Shown here: positions 39,753 through 48,927 of the stretch, piece after piece
Layout: every line of letters starts with the position of its first letter
Numbering within the stretch: position 1 is the first letter of the stretch
Source: Candidatus Heimdallarchaeum aukensis
GTDB taxonomy: Archaea; Asgardarchaeota; Heimdallarchaeia; Heimdallarchaeales; Heimdallarchaeaceae
Reading direction: 5' to 3'
Assembly: GCA_021513695.1 (NCBI GenBank)
Contig: CP084166.1
Span: 2,976,001 to 3,040,000 of the forward strand
Length of the DNA: 64,000 nucleotides
Position numbers and translations under genes: made by a program
The notes under the pieces: model-generated
Told to the model about the DNA's origin: nothing
What the model saw: the letters and a program-made list of their open reading frames with translations, nothing else
The model's database searches: none

Positions 39753-41357
39753 TTATTGTAGAAGTTCAACAACTTCAGCTTTTACTAATTTATCTGAGAG
39801 AGCATCAGTTATTTTTACTCTAGCTACCCTTTTTAGTATATCACTTTCGAATTCAATACTTACAGCAGGACCTGCGTTAATGAAATATCCAATGTAAGTA
39901 TTCTTTCTTTTGAAATCTTTCTCTGCGATAATAACAGTTTCTGTTTTTCCAATTAATTCCTTCTTTTTCTCCTTATTGAATGAAATAATAGTCTGTTTCA
40001 ATTCTTCTCGCTTTTTATGTAAAAGATATCTTTCAGGAGGAGAAGAAACATTCATTTTAGTAAAAGGGCTGTTGGGAAGAGCTAAATATTTGTATACTGT
40101 AACTTTATCTGCAACGTTCCATAAGCGTTTTCTTATTACATCAGTTGTTTTTTCAAGGGCTGATACTGTTTCCCCTGGTAAGGAATGAATAAGATAAATT
40201 TGTGGTTTCAATCCTGCTTCTGTTAAGAGTTTAGCTGCTTTCATTGCTCTTTCAGGGGAAGAAGGTCTTCCTAATTTTCTACTTAATTCTTCATCAAAAG
40301 TCTCACAACCTATAGAAATGGGAGTACCTGGTAGGTATTTGCCTAGAATTTCAGCTACTTGTTTATTTATTAGAGTAGGTTTAACATTTTCAATTATAAT
40401 AGATCTATTGGGTTTCTCATCTCTTATTTCTGCTAGTTCAGAAAGTAGTTGTTCTATCGCTTGTATATTAGGTTCTGGATAAGATGGAGAAACAACTTGA
40501 CCATCTTTCCCTCTCATATAGTCCAAAAAACCAGGAGCAGAAAGAACTATCCTATTTACCCCTAGATCAAATAATTCTCTTATTTCTTTTACGATTAATT
40601 CATGAGGACGACTGATTGGAGCTCCGAAAGTTGTGGGGACACTGCAAAACCCACAACCTGGTGGAATATTAGCAGGACAGTCTATTAGCTCTACTTCTCT
40701 CTCTACTGAGTCAGTACAAAATCCGCAATCAGGGCATAAACCTTTATCTTGTACTAATTCTCCTCTTATAAAGTTTGAACATCCTCTGACAGTTTCCACA
40801 TAAACTCTAGCAAACCAATATTCTTCATAGTCAGTTATAACTTTAGTAGAGGGGTTGTAATTAAAAATATAATATCCTTTTGCCTTCTTCTCTTTTATAA
40901 GATAAGTTTTTCCTATTTTTTCTATCTCAAACTGTTCTCTGTTGTTTTCAATGAAACTTAGAATTTCGAATTTGTTCTCAATCAATTTGTCAAGAAATAA
41001 TTCTCCTTGTCCTTGAACAGCTGCTGTGACTTTTAATTGAGAAACGAAATCAACATCAGAAGTAACAGGTCCACCAACGAAGATTTTTGGTAGCATTACT
41101 TCTGTTTTTAACATTCTTACTATTTCTATTACAGCGATTTCGTCAACACTCATTCCACTAATTAAAAAAGCATCAAAGGAAGTTAAATCATAGTTGTGAT
41201 TTCTAGAGAGTAAATTTTCAGCTCTAATTACCTTAGAGTAAATGTTTTTGTATTCACATATACCAGCAAGTAATCTCGGTCCTACTCCAATTACATCTCT
41301 AGTAAATTTTCTTTTTCCATCATTTGAAGCAAGAGCATCAACAATTAGAATTTTCAC
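39753..41357 (-). CDS. MiaB-like/radical-SAM-like protein with C-terminal TRAM domain and non-canonical cysteine clusters
   Basis: N-terminal flavodoxin/MTTase-like domain; central TIM-barrel-like region with CPDCGFC and CPANIPPGCGFC but no CxxxCxxC; C-terminal TRAM-like beta-barrel. Confidence 0.55.
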   Translation of the reverse strand: MKILIVDALASNDGKRKFTRDVIGVGPRLLAGICEYKNIYSKVIRAENLLSRNHNYDLTSFDAFLISGMSVDEIAVIEIVRMLKTEVMLPKIFVGGPVTSDVDFVSQLKVTAAVQGQGELFLDKLIENKFEILSFIENNREQFEIEKIGKTYLIKEKKAKGYYIFNYNPSTKVITDYEEYWFARVYVETVRGCSNFIRGELVQDKGLCPDCGFCTDSVEREVELIDCPANIPPGCGFCSVPTTFGAPISRPHELIVKEIRELFDLGVNRIVLSAPGFLDYMRGKDGQVVSPSYPEPNIQAIEQLLSELAEIRDEKPNRSIIIENVKPTLINKQVAEILGKYLPGTPISIGCETFDEELSRKLGRPSSPERAMKAAKLLTEAGLKPQIYLIHSLPGETVSALEKTTDVIRKRLWNVADKVTVYKYLALPNSPFTKMNVSSPPERYLLHKKREELKQTIISFNKEKKKELIGKTETVIIAEKDFKRKNTYIGYFINAGPAVSIEFESDILKRVARVKITDALSDKLVKAEVVELLQ

Positions 41358-41506
41358 AAAAGAATAGTTTTTTCACTTTTTAAAAAGATTAGTTTTGTTA
41401 AAATAATTCAGAAATTAGAATTGAATTGCTTTTAAAATATTCACACTGCTTTTAAAAAAATATATAGAAAAAAAATATTGTTTAATTGTTGTTTTTTTGT
41501 ATATTA

Positions 41507-41616
41507 TAGTACTTCCGCAATAAGTTGACTGATTTCTATAGGTTAAAATTATAGGAGTTCATACTATCATTGGCGTGTTCTCAATTCATACTTTTTGAGA
41601 TAATTCGGAAGTACTA
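41507..41616. mobile_element. MITE-like element, copy B (inverted relative to copy A; flanked by 6-bp direct repeat ATATTA)
   Basis: TIRs 41507-41517 and 41606-41616; ATATTA at 41501-41506 and 41617-41622; internal sequence 100% identical to the reverse complement of 7122-7231. Confidence 0.7.
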
Positions 41617-41662
41617 ATATTAACAAAAAAATATAAAAAGGATTGGAAGTAACTTTTTATGA

Positions 41663-41974
41663 ATGGAAGAAGATTTGTGTCCAGTATGTGGTTTACCTCA
41701 AGACCTTTGTGTCTGTGAGGGGTTAGCAAAAGAAGTGCAGATAATTAGAGTTTATTTAGAAAAAAGAAGATACGGCAAGAACTATACGTGCATATCAGGG
41801 ATTGATCCAAAAGAAGTCGACTTGGGAAATTTAGCGAAAAAACTTAAGACCCAACTTGCTTGTGGAGGAACGTACAAAGATGGAAGAATTGAGTTGCAAG
41901 GAGATCATAGATTTAAAATAAAAGATTTACTTGTAAACGCAGGTTTTCCCGCGGAAAATATAGAAGTGCAGTAA
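41663..41974 (+). CDS. translation initiation factor aSUI1 (eIF1 homologue)
   Basis: N-terminal CPVCG…CVC zinc knuckle, then the SUI1 fold (…ISGID…QLACGGT…); 103 aa. Confidence 0.85.
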   Translation: MEEDLCPVCGLPQDLCVCEGLAKEVQIIRVYLEKRRYGKNYTCISGIDPKEVDLGNLAKKLKTQLACGGTYKDGRIELQGDHRFKIKDLLVNAGFPAENIEVQ

Positions 41975-42057
41975 GAAAGCTTTTTCTATTTTTTTATATC
42001 TTTATTAAAACTCTTAACCCATATTCTTAAATTAGTCTAAATTTTATTTTCTTAATA

Positions 42058-42309
42058 ATGAAGAAAAAAAAGAAAGAGAAAAAAGAAAAGCCAATGCGAG
42101 ATAGAGTGGAAGTTTGTCCGATTTGTTTTTCAATTGTAAAAAGATCTCCCCAAATCTTTGATGTCAACAGTACTTTTCACTGTACTAATAGTGATTGTGG
42201 ATGGAGTGGTTCTTTTGCTGTGGAAGTAGATATTAACGAGTATAAGCAATTTGTTAAGGATAGACAAAACAAAAATGAAAGTGATAAGAATAGTAGAGAT
42301 GAACCATAA
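42058..42309 (+). CDS. small zinc-ribbon protein (hypothetical)
   Basis: CPIC…HCTNSDCG; lysine-rich N-terminus. Confidence 0.45.
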   Translation: MKKKKKEKKEKPMRDRVEVCPICFSIVKRSPQIFDVNSTFHCTNSDCGWSGSFAVEVDINEYKQFVKDRQNKNESDKNSRDEP

Positions 42310-42348
42310 ATTTATTTGATAATATTGTATAAAGAGAGTAGTGAGATA

Positions 42349-43188
42349 AAAATGGAAATAGCAATTGTTACTGATACAAGTAGAGCACTACCTTCCCAAT
42401 TATATAAATTATACAATGTCTATCCTTTAGGTTATTATTTAGAGGATTCTAAAGGAACGATCTTTGCAGAAAGAGTTAGTGCTCAAGAAGTTCAAACAGA
42501 TAAACTTCTAACAATTGCTGAAAAAGATAAGAATGCCCAACTTTACTCTCCGACTGTAAAGGACTTTGTAGAGTTATACACCTTTTTAGAGGAAGATTTT
42601 GATCATATAATTAGCTTTCATTCTTCGTTATTTACTCCAACTGTTTTTGAAAATGCTATACTTGCAAAAAAGGTAGTTTCTGATATAACAGTTGATGTTC
42701 TGGATACTTATTCTTTTGAGTCTTCCTCAGGATTGATTTTAAATCAGCTAGCTAAAAAAATTCAAGATGCAGAATCAATCAATGAAATAAGAAAAGAAAG
42801 TTTTTCTCTTCATGGTAGAATACATAGTCAATTATTAACAAAAAATGACCAATTCAACAAAATAGGATTAAGAAGAGTTACATTCCTTTCAAATATAAAA
42901 TCAGCTTTTGTTCCTTGGAATCTTTATTTGTTTAAACAAAGTAACTGGGATCTAGTCAAAAATTCTCGTTCAATAAAGACTCTACAATCAGAAATGGAAA
43001 CAAGACTAATCTCTCTTGAAAAATCCAAAGATTTGAAATTTTGTTATTATTCATCTTCAAAAAGACTGAACAAAGAAGTAAAAGAACTTCTAGAAAAATT
43101 GGATAATTTATATGTTGAAGAAACTCCTCAAACTTTAGTCGCCTATTTTCTCACTTCAGAATACTCAATGAATATTTCTGTTCTTTAA
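42349..43188 (+). CDS. divergent DegV-family-like protein
   Basis: MEIAIVTDTSRALPSQ… resembles the DegV N-terminus (IxIVTDSxxDLP). Start chosen at Met12 of the track ORF. Confidence 0.5.
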   Translation, partial: KMEIAIVTDTSRALPSQLYKLYNVYPLGYYLEDSKGTIFAERVSAQEVQTDKLLTIAEKDKNAQLYSPTVKDFVELYTFLEEDFDHIISFHSSLFTPTVFENAILAKKVVSDITVDVLDTYSFESSSGLILNQLAKKIQDAESINEIRKESFSLHGRIHSQLLTKNDQFNKIGLRRVTFLSNIKSAFVPWNLYLFKQSNWDLVKNSRSIKTLQSEMETRLISLEKSKDLKFCYYSSSKRLNKEVKELLEKLDNLYVEETPQTLVAYFLTSEYSMNISVL

Positions 43189-43982
43189 CTCTCTTCTTTT
43201 ACTGTTTTTATTCTATAAAAATTTGAAACATTTTCTGTTGTAATATCTGCCAGTTTTTTTACATCCACTTTAATTAATTCTGCAGCTTTTTTTGTTGATA
43301 TTGCTATGGCAGAAGGTTCGTTTTTTTCTCCTTTTCTTAAGCTATGATATGGACTATCAGTTTCAAACATTAACTGAGTTTCCGGAATCAAAGACAAGAT
43401 TTTTTGGAAATTTTTTCTGTAAACTAAACTTGTTGGGACTGTAACAAACCAACCATTATCAACTACTCTTTCAATCTCATTTTCTGTTCCTGTAAAACAG
43501 TGCATTAAAACGTTTTCTAGATTATATGATTCAAGAATATTGATTGCATCTGTTTCTGCAGCTCTCGAATGGATTACAATTGGTTTGTTATTTTTATTTG
43601 CGAGTTCAATAAGACGTCTGAAGAAAACTTTCTGTTCTTTTCTTTTTTCTTCTTCTTTAACCCAATAGTAATCTAATCCAATTTCACCTATAGCTACTAT
43701 AAATTCTGAATTTTTTAATAAAAATTCTTCAATTTTCTTGAAGTTTTCTTCTTCTACTTCTGTTGGTTGCATTCCAATGGTTAGATGAGTCCCATAGTTT
43801 TTTGTTAAAAATACTCCGAATTCAAAGTGATGAGGGCTTAAAATACTATTTATAATTATTTCAACGTTATTTGATCTAGCTCTTTGAACAATTTCTGGTA
43901 TACTTTTTTTTGAGAAAAAAGGAGGGTAAAGGTGACAATGAGCATCTGCAAAAATTATTTTCTGATTTGACATATAATTCAC
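43185..43982 (-). CDS. TatD-family metal-dependent hydrolase/DNase
   Basis: FADAHCHL N-terminal motif, about 265 aa TIM-barrel hydrolase. Confidence 0.8.
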   Translation of the reverse strand: MNYMSNQKIIFADAHCHLYPPFFSKKSIPEIVQRARSNNVEIIINSILSPHHFEFGVFLTKNYGTHLTIGMQPTEVEEENFKKIEEFLLKNSEFIVAIGEIGLDYYWVKEEEKRKEQKVFFRRLIELANKNNKPIVIHSRAAETDAINILESYNLENVLMHCFTGTENEIERVVDNGWFVTVPTSLVYRKNFQKILSLIPETQLMFETDSPYHSLRKGEKNEPSAIAISTKKAAELIKVDVKKLADITTENVSNFYRIKTVKEES

Positions 43983-44959
43983 TATTTACAAATTATATCT
44001 TTTAGCTTCTTGAGCATCTTTATTCCGCGAATTTCTTGGTTGAAAGCTTCAACAGTAGTTACATCATGGTTTGGAAAAGCTTGTTTGATGTACTCTAAAT
44101 TAGCTAAATGCTCTTTTCTTCTATTCATACAGTAAGGACAACTTTTATTTTCTGGATTAATTTGATTGACAACTATTTCTTTATTCGGAATATAATGTTC
44201 TTTTAATTCTTCAAATAGTCGTTCTGACTCAAAAATAGACATAAGTGTAGGAATTCCAACAATTATAAATTGTGTCTTTTCATCATCCATTAGTGTTTCT
44301 CTGGCTATAAGTATCTTCTCTTTTAATTTTTCTAAGTTCTCTATTGTTCTATCTTTTTCTACATTTCCGCCAAAAAGAGATTTAATCATTGCCATTGTAT
44401 TAGAAATGAAGGTTTTCATTTTCAACATTCTACCAATAAAAGAATCTAAAAATTCTGGAATGTTGAGTAATCTCAATGTATGTCCTGTGGGCGCAGTGTC
44501 AAGTACAATCGTGTCGAATTCTTCATTATCCGCATACTCAAGGATTTTAGCAAAAGATAGAGCTTCATCCATTCCTGGTGGAGGGATTGATTTTAGATCT
44601 TGATCTATTCCCTTCATTGCTTCCATTCCTGGAATAGACATCAAACTAGAGAATTGATCTGCATCAAAGGAATCTCCTAATGCTTTTGTTAGTTCATCTC
44701 CTGATGATTCTGGGTTGATTTCTAAAGCGTACAATTCTCCTTTTACACCTTTAACTTTAGTTACAGTTCCAGATGAAAAATCCAAATCAAAAGAATCTGA
44801 AATGCTGTGTGCAGGGTCTGTTGAAACAAGTAAAGTTTTTTTACCTTTTTCAGCTAAAGCAATAGAAATTGCAGAAGCTATAGAAGTTTTCCCTACTCCT
44901 CCTTTTCCCCCTACCAAAATGAACTTTAGGTCCTTCTCTAATAAATCCTTGATAGTCAT
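43982..44959 (-). CDS. ArsA/Get3-family ATPase (tail-anchored protein targeting factor-like) with CxxC motif
   Basis: P-loop GGKGGVGKTS, TDPAHS, DTAPTGHTLRLL signature, CPYC motif near the C-terminus. Confidence 0.8.
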   Translation of the reverse strand: MTIKDLLEKDLKFILVGGKGGVGKTSIASAISIALAEKGKKTLLVSTDPAHSISDSFDLDFSSGTVTKVKGVKGELYALEINPESSGDELTKALGDSFDADQFSSLMSIPGMEAMKGIDQDLKSIPPPGMDEALSFAKILEYADNEEFDTIVLDTAPTGHTLRLLNIPEFLDSFIGRMLKMKTFISNTMAMIKSLFGGNVEKDRTIENLEKLKEKILIARETLMDDEKTQFIIVGIPTLMSIFESERLFEELKEHYIPNKEIVVNQINPENKSCPYCMNRRKEHLANLEYIKQAFPNHDVTTVEAFNQEIRGIKMLKKLKDIICK

Positions 44960-45073
44960 TAATATAGAAAAAAATCGACTCTTATTTAAAGATAAATATT
45001 AGTGATTAATAGAACTTTTAAGTAAAATAAAAAAAACTCTCGAAAAATAAAAATAGATAAAGAAAACAAATTT

Positions 45074-45838
45074 TTACTTTCTACGTTTTCTTTTCTTAAT
45101 TTTTCTTTTTTGTTCTTGTTTTGTTTTATGTGGTTTTTTAACCAATGGGGAAATCTTTCTTGAACTTCTTCTTCGTTTATGAACTTTCTGTATAGCGAAT
45201 AAATCTACAATGATTATAGTAGTGAATACTCCAACGATACCCAAGACAAAATAGAATAAGTTTAACCATTTTTCCGAGTCTATAACTTCTACATTTTCAG
45301 GTAATACGACATTTAACGAGTATCTTTGAGAATAAGACTTGTACATAACACTATTTTCATCATAGTATTTTATCTCTGTGGCTTCTAAGGTAAAGTTTCC
45401 TTCAAGTAAAGGTTGGATGTAATAAGTATAAACGAAGCTAGCATTTATTTCAACTTGTATATACTTTTGCTCTGTCAAATTAAAAGTTGAAACTGCCCAC
45501 TCTTCAAAGCTTGGTTCTGTAATAGAAAGATTATACGCTGTTCTGTTTCCAATATTGGTTATATTTAGGTCAATTCTAATCCATTGCAAAGGCTCAAGTT
45601 CAGTAACGTTAATTACCTTCTTTATAGCTAAAAGTGGTCTGCTAGGTAATGTATCATTAGTGTCATTTAATGCTAAATATGGTCGATAGTAATTTCTCTC
45701 TGGTTCCTGAATTTTTTGAATCTGGTCATTGTTGTTTATTACACTGTTGGAACCACTAATAAATGATGAATTTACAGCTAAAACTAACATCACAACTAAT
45801 ACAAATCGTAAATACTTTCTTCCGGGCATATGTTTCAT
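45074..45838 (-). CDS. secreted N-glycosylated surface protein with C-terminal TM anchor and long basic tail
   Basis: Signal peptide, many NxT/S sequons, C-terminal TM, then KVHKRRRSSRK…KRKIKKRKRRK. Confidence 0.55.
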   Translation of the reverse strand: MKHMPGRKYLRFVLVVMLVLAVNSSFISGSNSVINNNDQIQKIQEPERNYYRPYLALNDTNDTLPSRPLLAIKKVINVTELEPLQWIRIDLNITNIGNRTAYNLSITEPSFEEWAVSTFNLTEQKYIQVEINASFVYTYYIQPLLEGNFTLEATEIKYYDENSVMYKSYSQRYSLNVVLPENVEVIDSEKWLNLFYFVLGIVGVFTTIIIVDLFAIQKVHKRRRSSRKISPLVKKPHKTKQEQKRKIKKRKRRK

Positions 45839-46045
45839 TATCCTTTTATTGCTTATGGAGCATGAAATAATCTCGTTTAAATATTTTGCTCTTGGAACTA
45901 GAAATAAGCTAGCGCTTTATTTACTTATCGCCTATTTTTTTCCTTATATTTAGATGTTATTTTAAGAATTCTAGGTAACAATATTTTATGGTAAAAGAAC
46001 ATAGTAACAATTATAAAAAGGTGGATTTGTTTTAAATTGAGAGCA

Positions 46046-46936
46046 ATGACTGTTAAAATTCTATGTGATACTAGTGCAGATTTGAATCTTCCCACTGATC
46101 AAACAATCTATGACAAATATAACATTGGAACTTTTCCCATGCATGTTATTTTTGGAACGAATGATTATAGAGAATTAGTTGACATAAAAACTTCTGAATT
46201 CAGGAAAAAGATCTATGAAACAGATGTTCATCCCACCACTTCTCAACCAACACAATTTGATATCTTAACACAATTTGAGAAGTTTGGAAAAGACTACGAT
46301 GAAATCATATCATTTCATATCTCATCAAAATTAAGTGGGAGCTATGCTAATGCAAAAATAGCTAAAAAAATGTATGAGAAATCAAATAAAGAACATGCTA
46401 AAGTGTATTTAGTTGATAGTTTATTAGCTAGTTCAGCTTTTGGACTTGTAGTTATTAAAGCCGCTAAGTTAGCAGAAGAAGGTCTGTCTGGACAAGAAAT
46501 AGTTGATAAAATAAACGATTGGAAAAAAAATAATATAGTTGTTTATTTCACTGTAGAGAACTTAGAGTGGCTTTATCGCGGAGGTAGATTAAGTAAAACT
46601 AAGTACTATTTAGGTAGCATGTTAAACAAAAAACCAGTTTTAACATTAGTTGATGGAGAAATTGTGAGTGCAAAGACTGTTACAGGAATAGAAAAAACTT
46701 TTGATACTATAATTGACCTTGCCTTTAAACGCTTTCCAGAAGTTGAGCAGGAGAGAATAATGTACAATATTATCGAATTTGATTACAAAGATGTAGTAGA
46801 TGATGTAATTCAGAAAACGAAAAACAAGTATCCTAATGCTAAAGAAGGAAAAGTGTTTGAAATGGGAGGAACAATTGCAGCTCATACTGGTCCAAAAACT
46901 CTAGGGTTTATTGTTACCAAAGATTTTGAATTTTAA
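46046..46936 (+). CDS. DegV-family protein (tandem paralogue 1 of 3)
   Basis: MTVKILCDTSADL… (track ORF starts 9 nt upstream, at 46037). Confidence 0.8.
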   Translation: MTVKILCDTSADLNLPTDQTIYDKYNIGTFPMHVIFGTNDYRELVDIKTSEFRKKIYETDVHPTTSQPTQFDILTQFEKFGKDYDEIISFHISSKLSGSYANAKIAKKMYEKSNKEHAKVYLVDSLLASSAFGLVVIKAAKLAEEGLSGQEIVDKINDWKKNNIVVYFTVENLEWLYRGGRLSKTKYYLGSMLNKKPVLTLVDGEIVSAKTVTGIEKTFDTIIDLAFKRFPEVEQERIMYNIIEFDYKDVVDDVIQKTKNKYPNAKEGKVFEMGGTIAAHTGPKTLGFIVTKDFEF

Positions 46937-47003
46937 TTTCTTTTTTTTCTTTTCTTTTTTGGAAAAAGATTTATTCAACACATTTTAAGTTAGTTTGAAA
47001 TAG

Positions 47004-47912
47004 ATGACAATAAAGATTTTGTGTGATACTTCAGCTGATCTTGTCTTACATCCAAATAAGCCACTGTATGACTCGCTAGGTGTTGGAATTCTTCCCATGA
47101 AAGTTTTTTTTGATGAGAATGATGTTTTTTTAGAGCAAAAAAATATTAGTAACATACAGTTTTATGAGTTAATAAGACTCTCCCAGACCCAACCTAAAAC
47201 CTCTCCTCCTTCAGCAGATGATATATTTAAAGAATTTCAAAGATATGGAAGAGAATATGATGAACTAATTTCTTTACATATTTCTAAAGATTTAAGTCAT
47301 ACATATTTTAACGCTGTTGAAGCAAAGAAGAGATACTTGAAAACTGAATCAAATCCAGCCAAAATAAATATAATTCATAGTGGTGTTGCAAGTTTAGCTC
47401 TGGGAAAACTTGTATTGAAAGCTGTTGAACTTAAAAATAAAGGTTTTGAAACTTCTGAAATTATAAAACAACTTTATTCTTGGAAAGAAAATAATGTTAA
47501 AGCAGCTTTTACTGTTAGAGATTTAAATTGGTTATATGAAGGAGGAAGACTTACAAGGTCACAGAAAACAATAGGTACAATATTAAATAAAAAACCTGTT
47601 CTTACTTTTGATCATGGAAAAATCAATGTAATTGGTTATTCAACAGGATTGGAAAGAACATTGAGATTTATGGTTAAATATCTCTTATCACAGATGGAGG
47701 AGGAGAAAATAAACAAACTTACCTTGTCTTTTATCACAGCACAGAATTTTGGTTTAATAGATGACTTCTCAAGAGTAATAAAGAAAGAATTTCCGAAAAT
47801 TAATTTAGGTCCTAAATTTGAGCTAGGTGCAACAATTACTAGCCATACAGGAATGGAGACAATAGGTTTTGTAATTTCAAGTAATCTTAAAATAGATCCT
47901 TTAATAAAATAA
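47004..47912 (+). CDS. DegV-family protein (tandem paralogue 2 of 3)
   Basis: MTIKILCDTSADL…; …LYEGGRLTRSQ… conserved with its neighbours. Confidence 0.8.
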   Translation: MTIKILCDTSADLVLHPNKPLYDSLGVGILPMKVFFDENDVFLEQKNISNIQFYELIRLSQTQPKTSPPSADDIFKEFQRYGREYDELISLHISKDLSHTYFNAVEAKKRYLKTESNPAKINIIHSGVASLALGKLVLKAVELKNKGFETSEIIKQLYSWKENNVKAAFTVRDLNWLYEGGRLTRSQKTIGTILNKKPVLTFDHGKINVIGYSTGLERTLRFMVKYLLSQMEEEKINKLTLSFITAQNFGLIDDFSRVIKKEFPKINLGPKFELGATITSHTGMETIGFVISSNLKIDPLIK

Positions 47913-48035
47913 TTAACTTAACTTTAATGTTTTCTTACGTGTTGGCTATATTTGCCACTATAAAACAAGAATCTTTAAAGATTTTTTTCTTAAAAAAGAT
48001 TTAAAAAAAAGCGTTTTATATACAATTGAACACAA

Positions 48036-48926
48036 ATGACAGTAAAAATAATGACCGATAGTGCAGCAGATATTCCCGAATATCTCCTAAAGGAGTATGA
48101 TATCTCTACAGTCCCCACAGTAATCAGATTTGGTGATGATGTCTATTATGAAAACAAAGATTTGACTTTGGATCAATACTATGAACTATTTCATTCTCAT
48201 CCAGAACCACCTCAAACAGCTAATCCTACTTTAGCTGATGACTTTGAATTATACAAAAAACTAGGAGAAGAAGCTGATGAAGTGATAAATATTGTTATTT
48301 CTAGCGGTATTTCTGGTTCATTCAACACTTCTAATGCTGCTTTGAAAATGTATGAAAAGAGAGTAAAAGATGGTGCAAAAGTATATGTCTTTGATTCACA
48401 TTTTGCTACAATGGGTATAGGTGTCCAAGCTTTAAAGGCTTCAGAGATGGCTAAAGAAGGACATAATGCAGCTGAAATATTGGCAATGTTAGAAGAATAC
48501 AGAGACAAATTAGCTGTTGCTTTCACAGTAGATAATTTAAAGTATCTCCATAGAGGAGGAAGATTGTCAAAATCTAAATTTTGGATAGCCAAACTAGCTG
48601 ACTTACATCCTGTGATTACTTTTATTGATGGAAAAATGGAAGTTGAAAAGACTTCTAGAGGTTATGATAATGCAATGGAAAAAGCTTTTGATCTATCTTG
48701 GGAAAAAACGAATAAAGCTAAGAAATTCAATGCCTATATCTGTTATGGAGAAAATAAAGAACACGCTCTATACATGAGAGATTATATCCAAGATAAAGTA
48801 GATGCAGAATTTAATATCGAGATATATCAAGTAGGAGCAACAATAATTACCCATACAGGTCCAGAAGTAAGTGGAATACTGCTTGATCCTTATAATGAAA
48901 AACTCTATAAAGCATCAGAAAAATAG
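48036..48926 (+). CDS. DegV-family protein (tandem paralogue 3 of 3)
   Basis: MTVKIMTDSAADIP…; …LHRGGRLSKSK…. Confidence 0.8.
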   Translation: MTVKIMTDSAADIPEYLLKEYDISTVPTVIRFGDDVYYENKDLTLDQYYELFHSHPEPPQTANPTLADDFELYKKLGEEADEVINIVISSGISGSFNTSNAALKMYEKRVKDGAKVYVFDSHFATMGIGVQALKASEMAKEGHNAAEILAMLEEYRDKLAVAFTVDNLKYLHRGGRLSKSKFWIAKLADLHPVITFIDGKMEVEKTSRGYDNAMEKAFDLSWEKTNKAKKFNAYICYGENKEHALYMRDYIQDKVDAEFNIEIYQVGATIITHTGPEVSGILLDPYNEKLYKASEK

Positions 48927-48927
48927 G

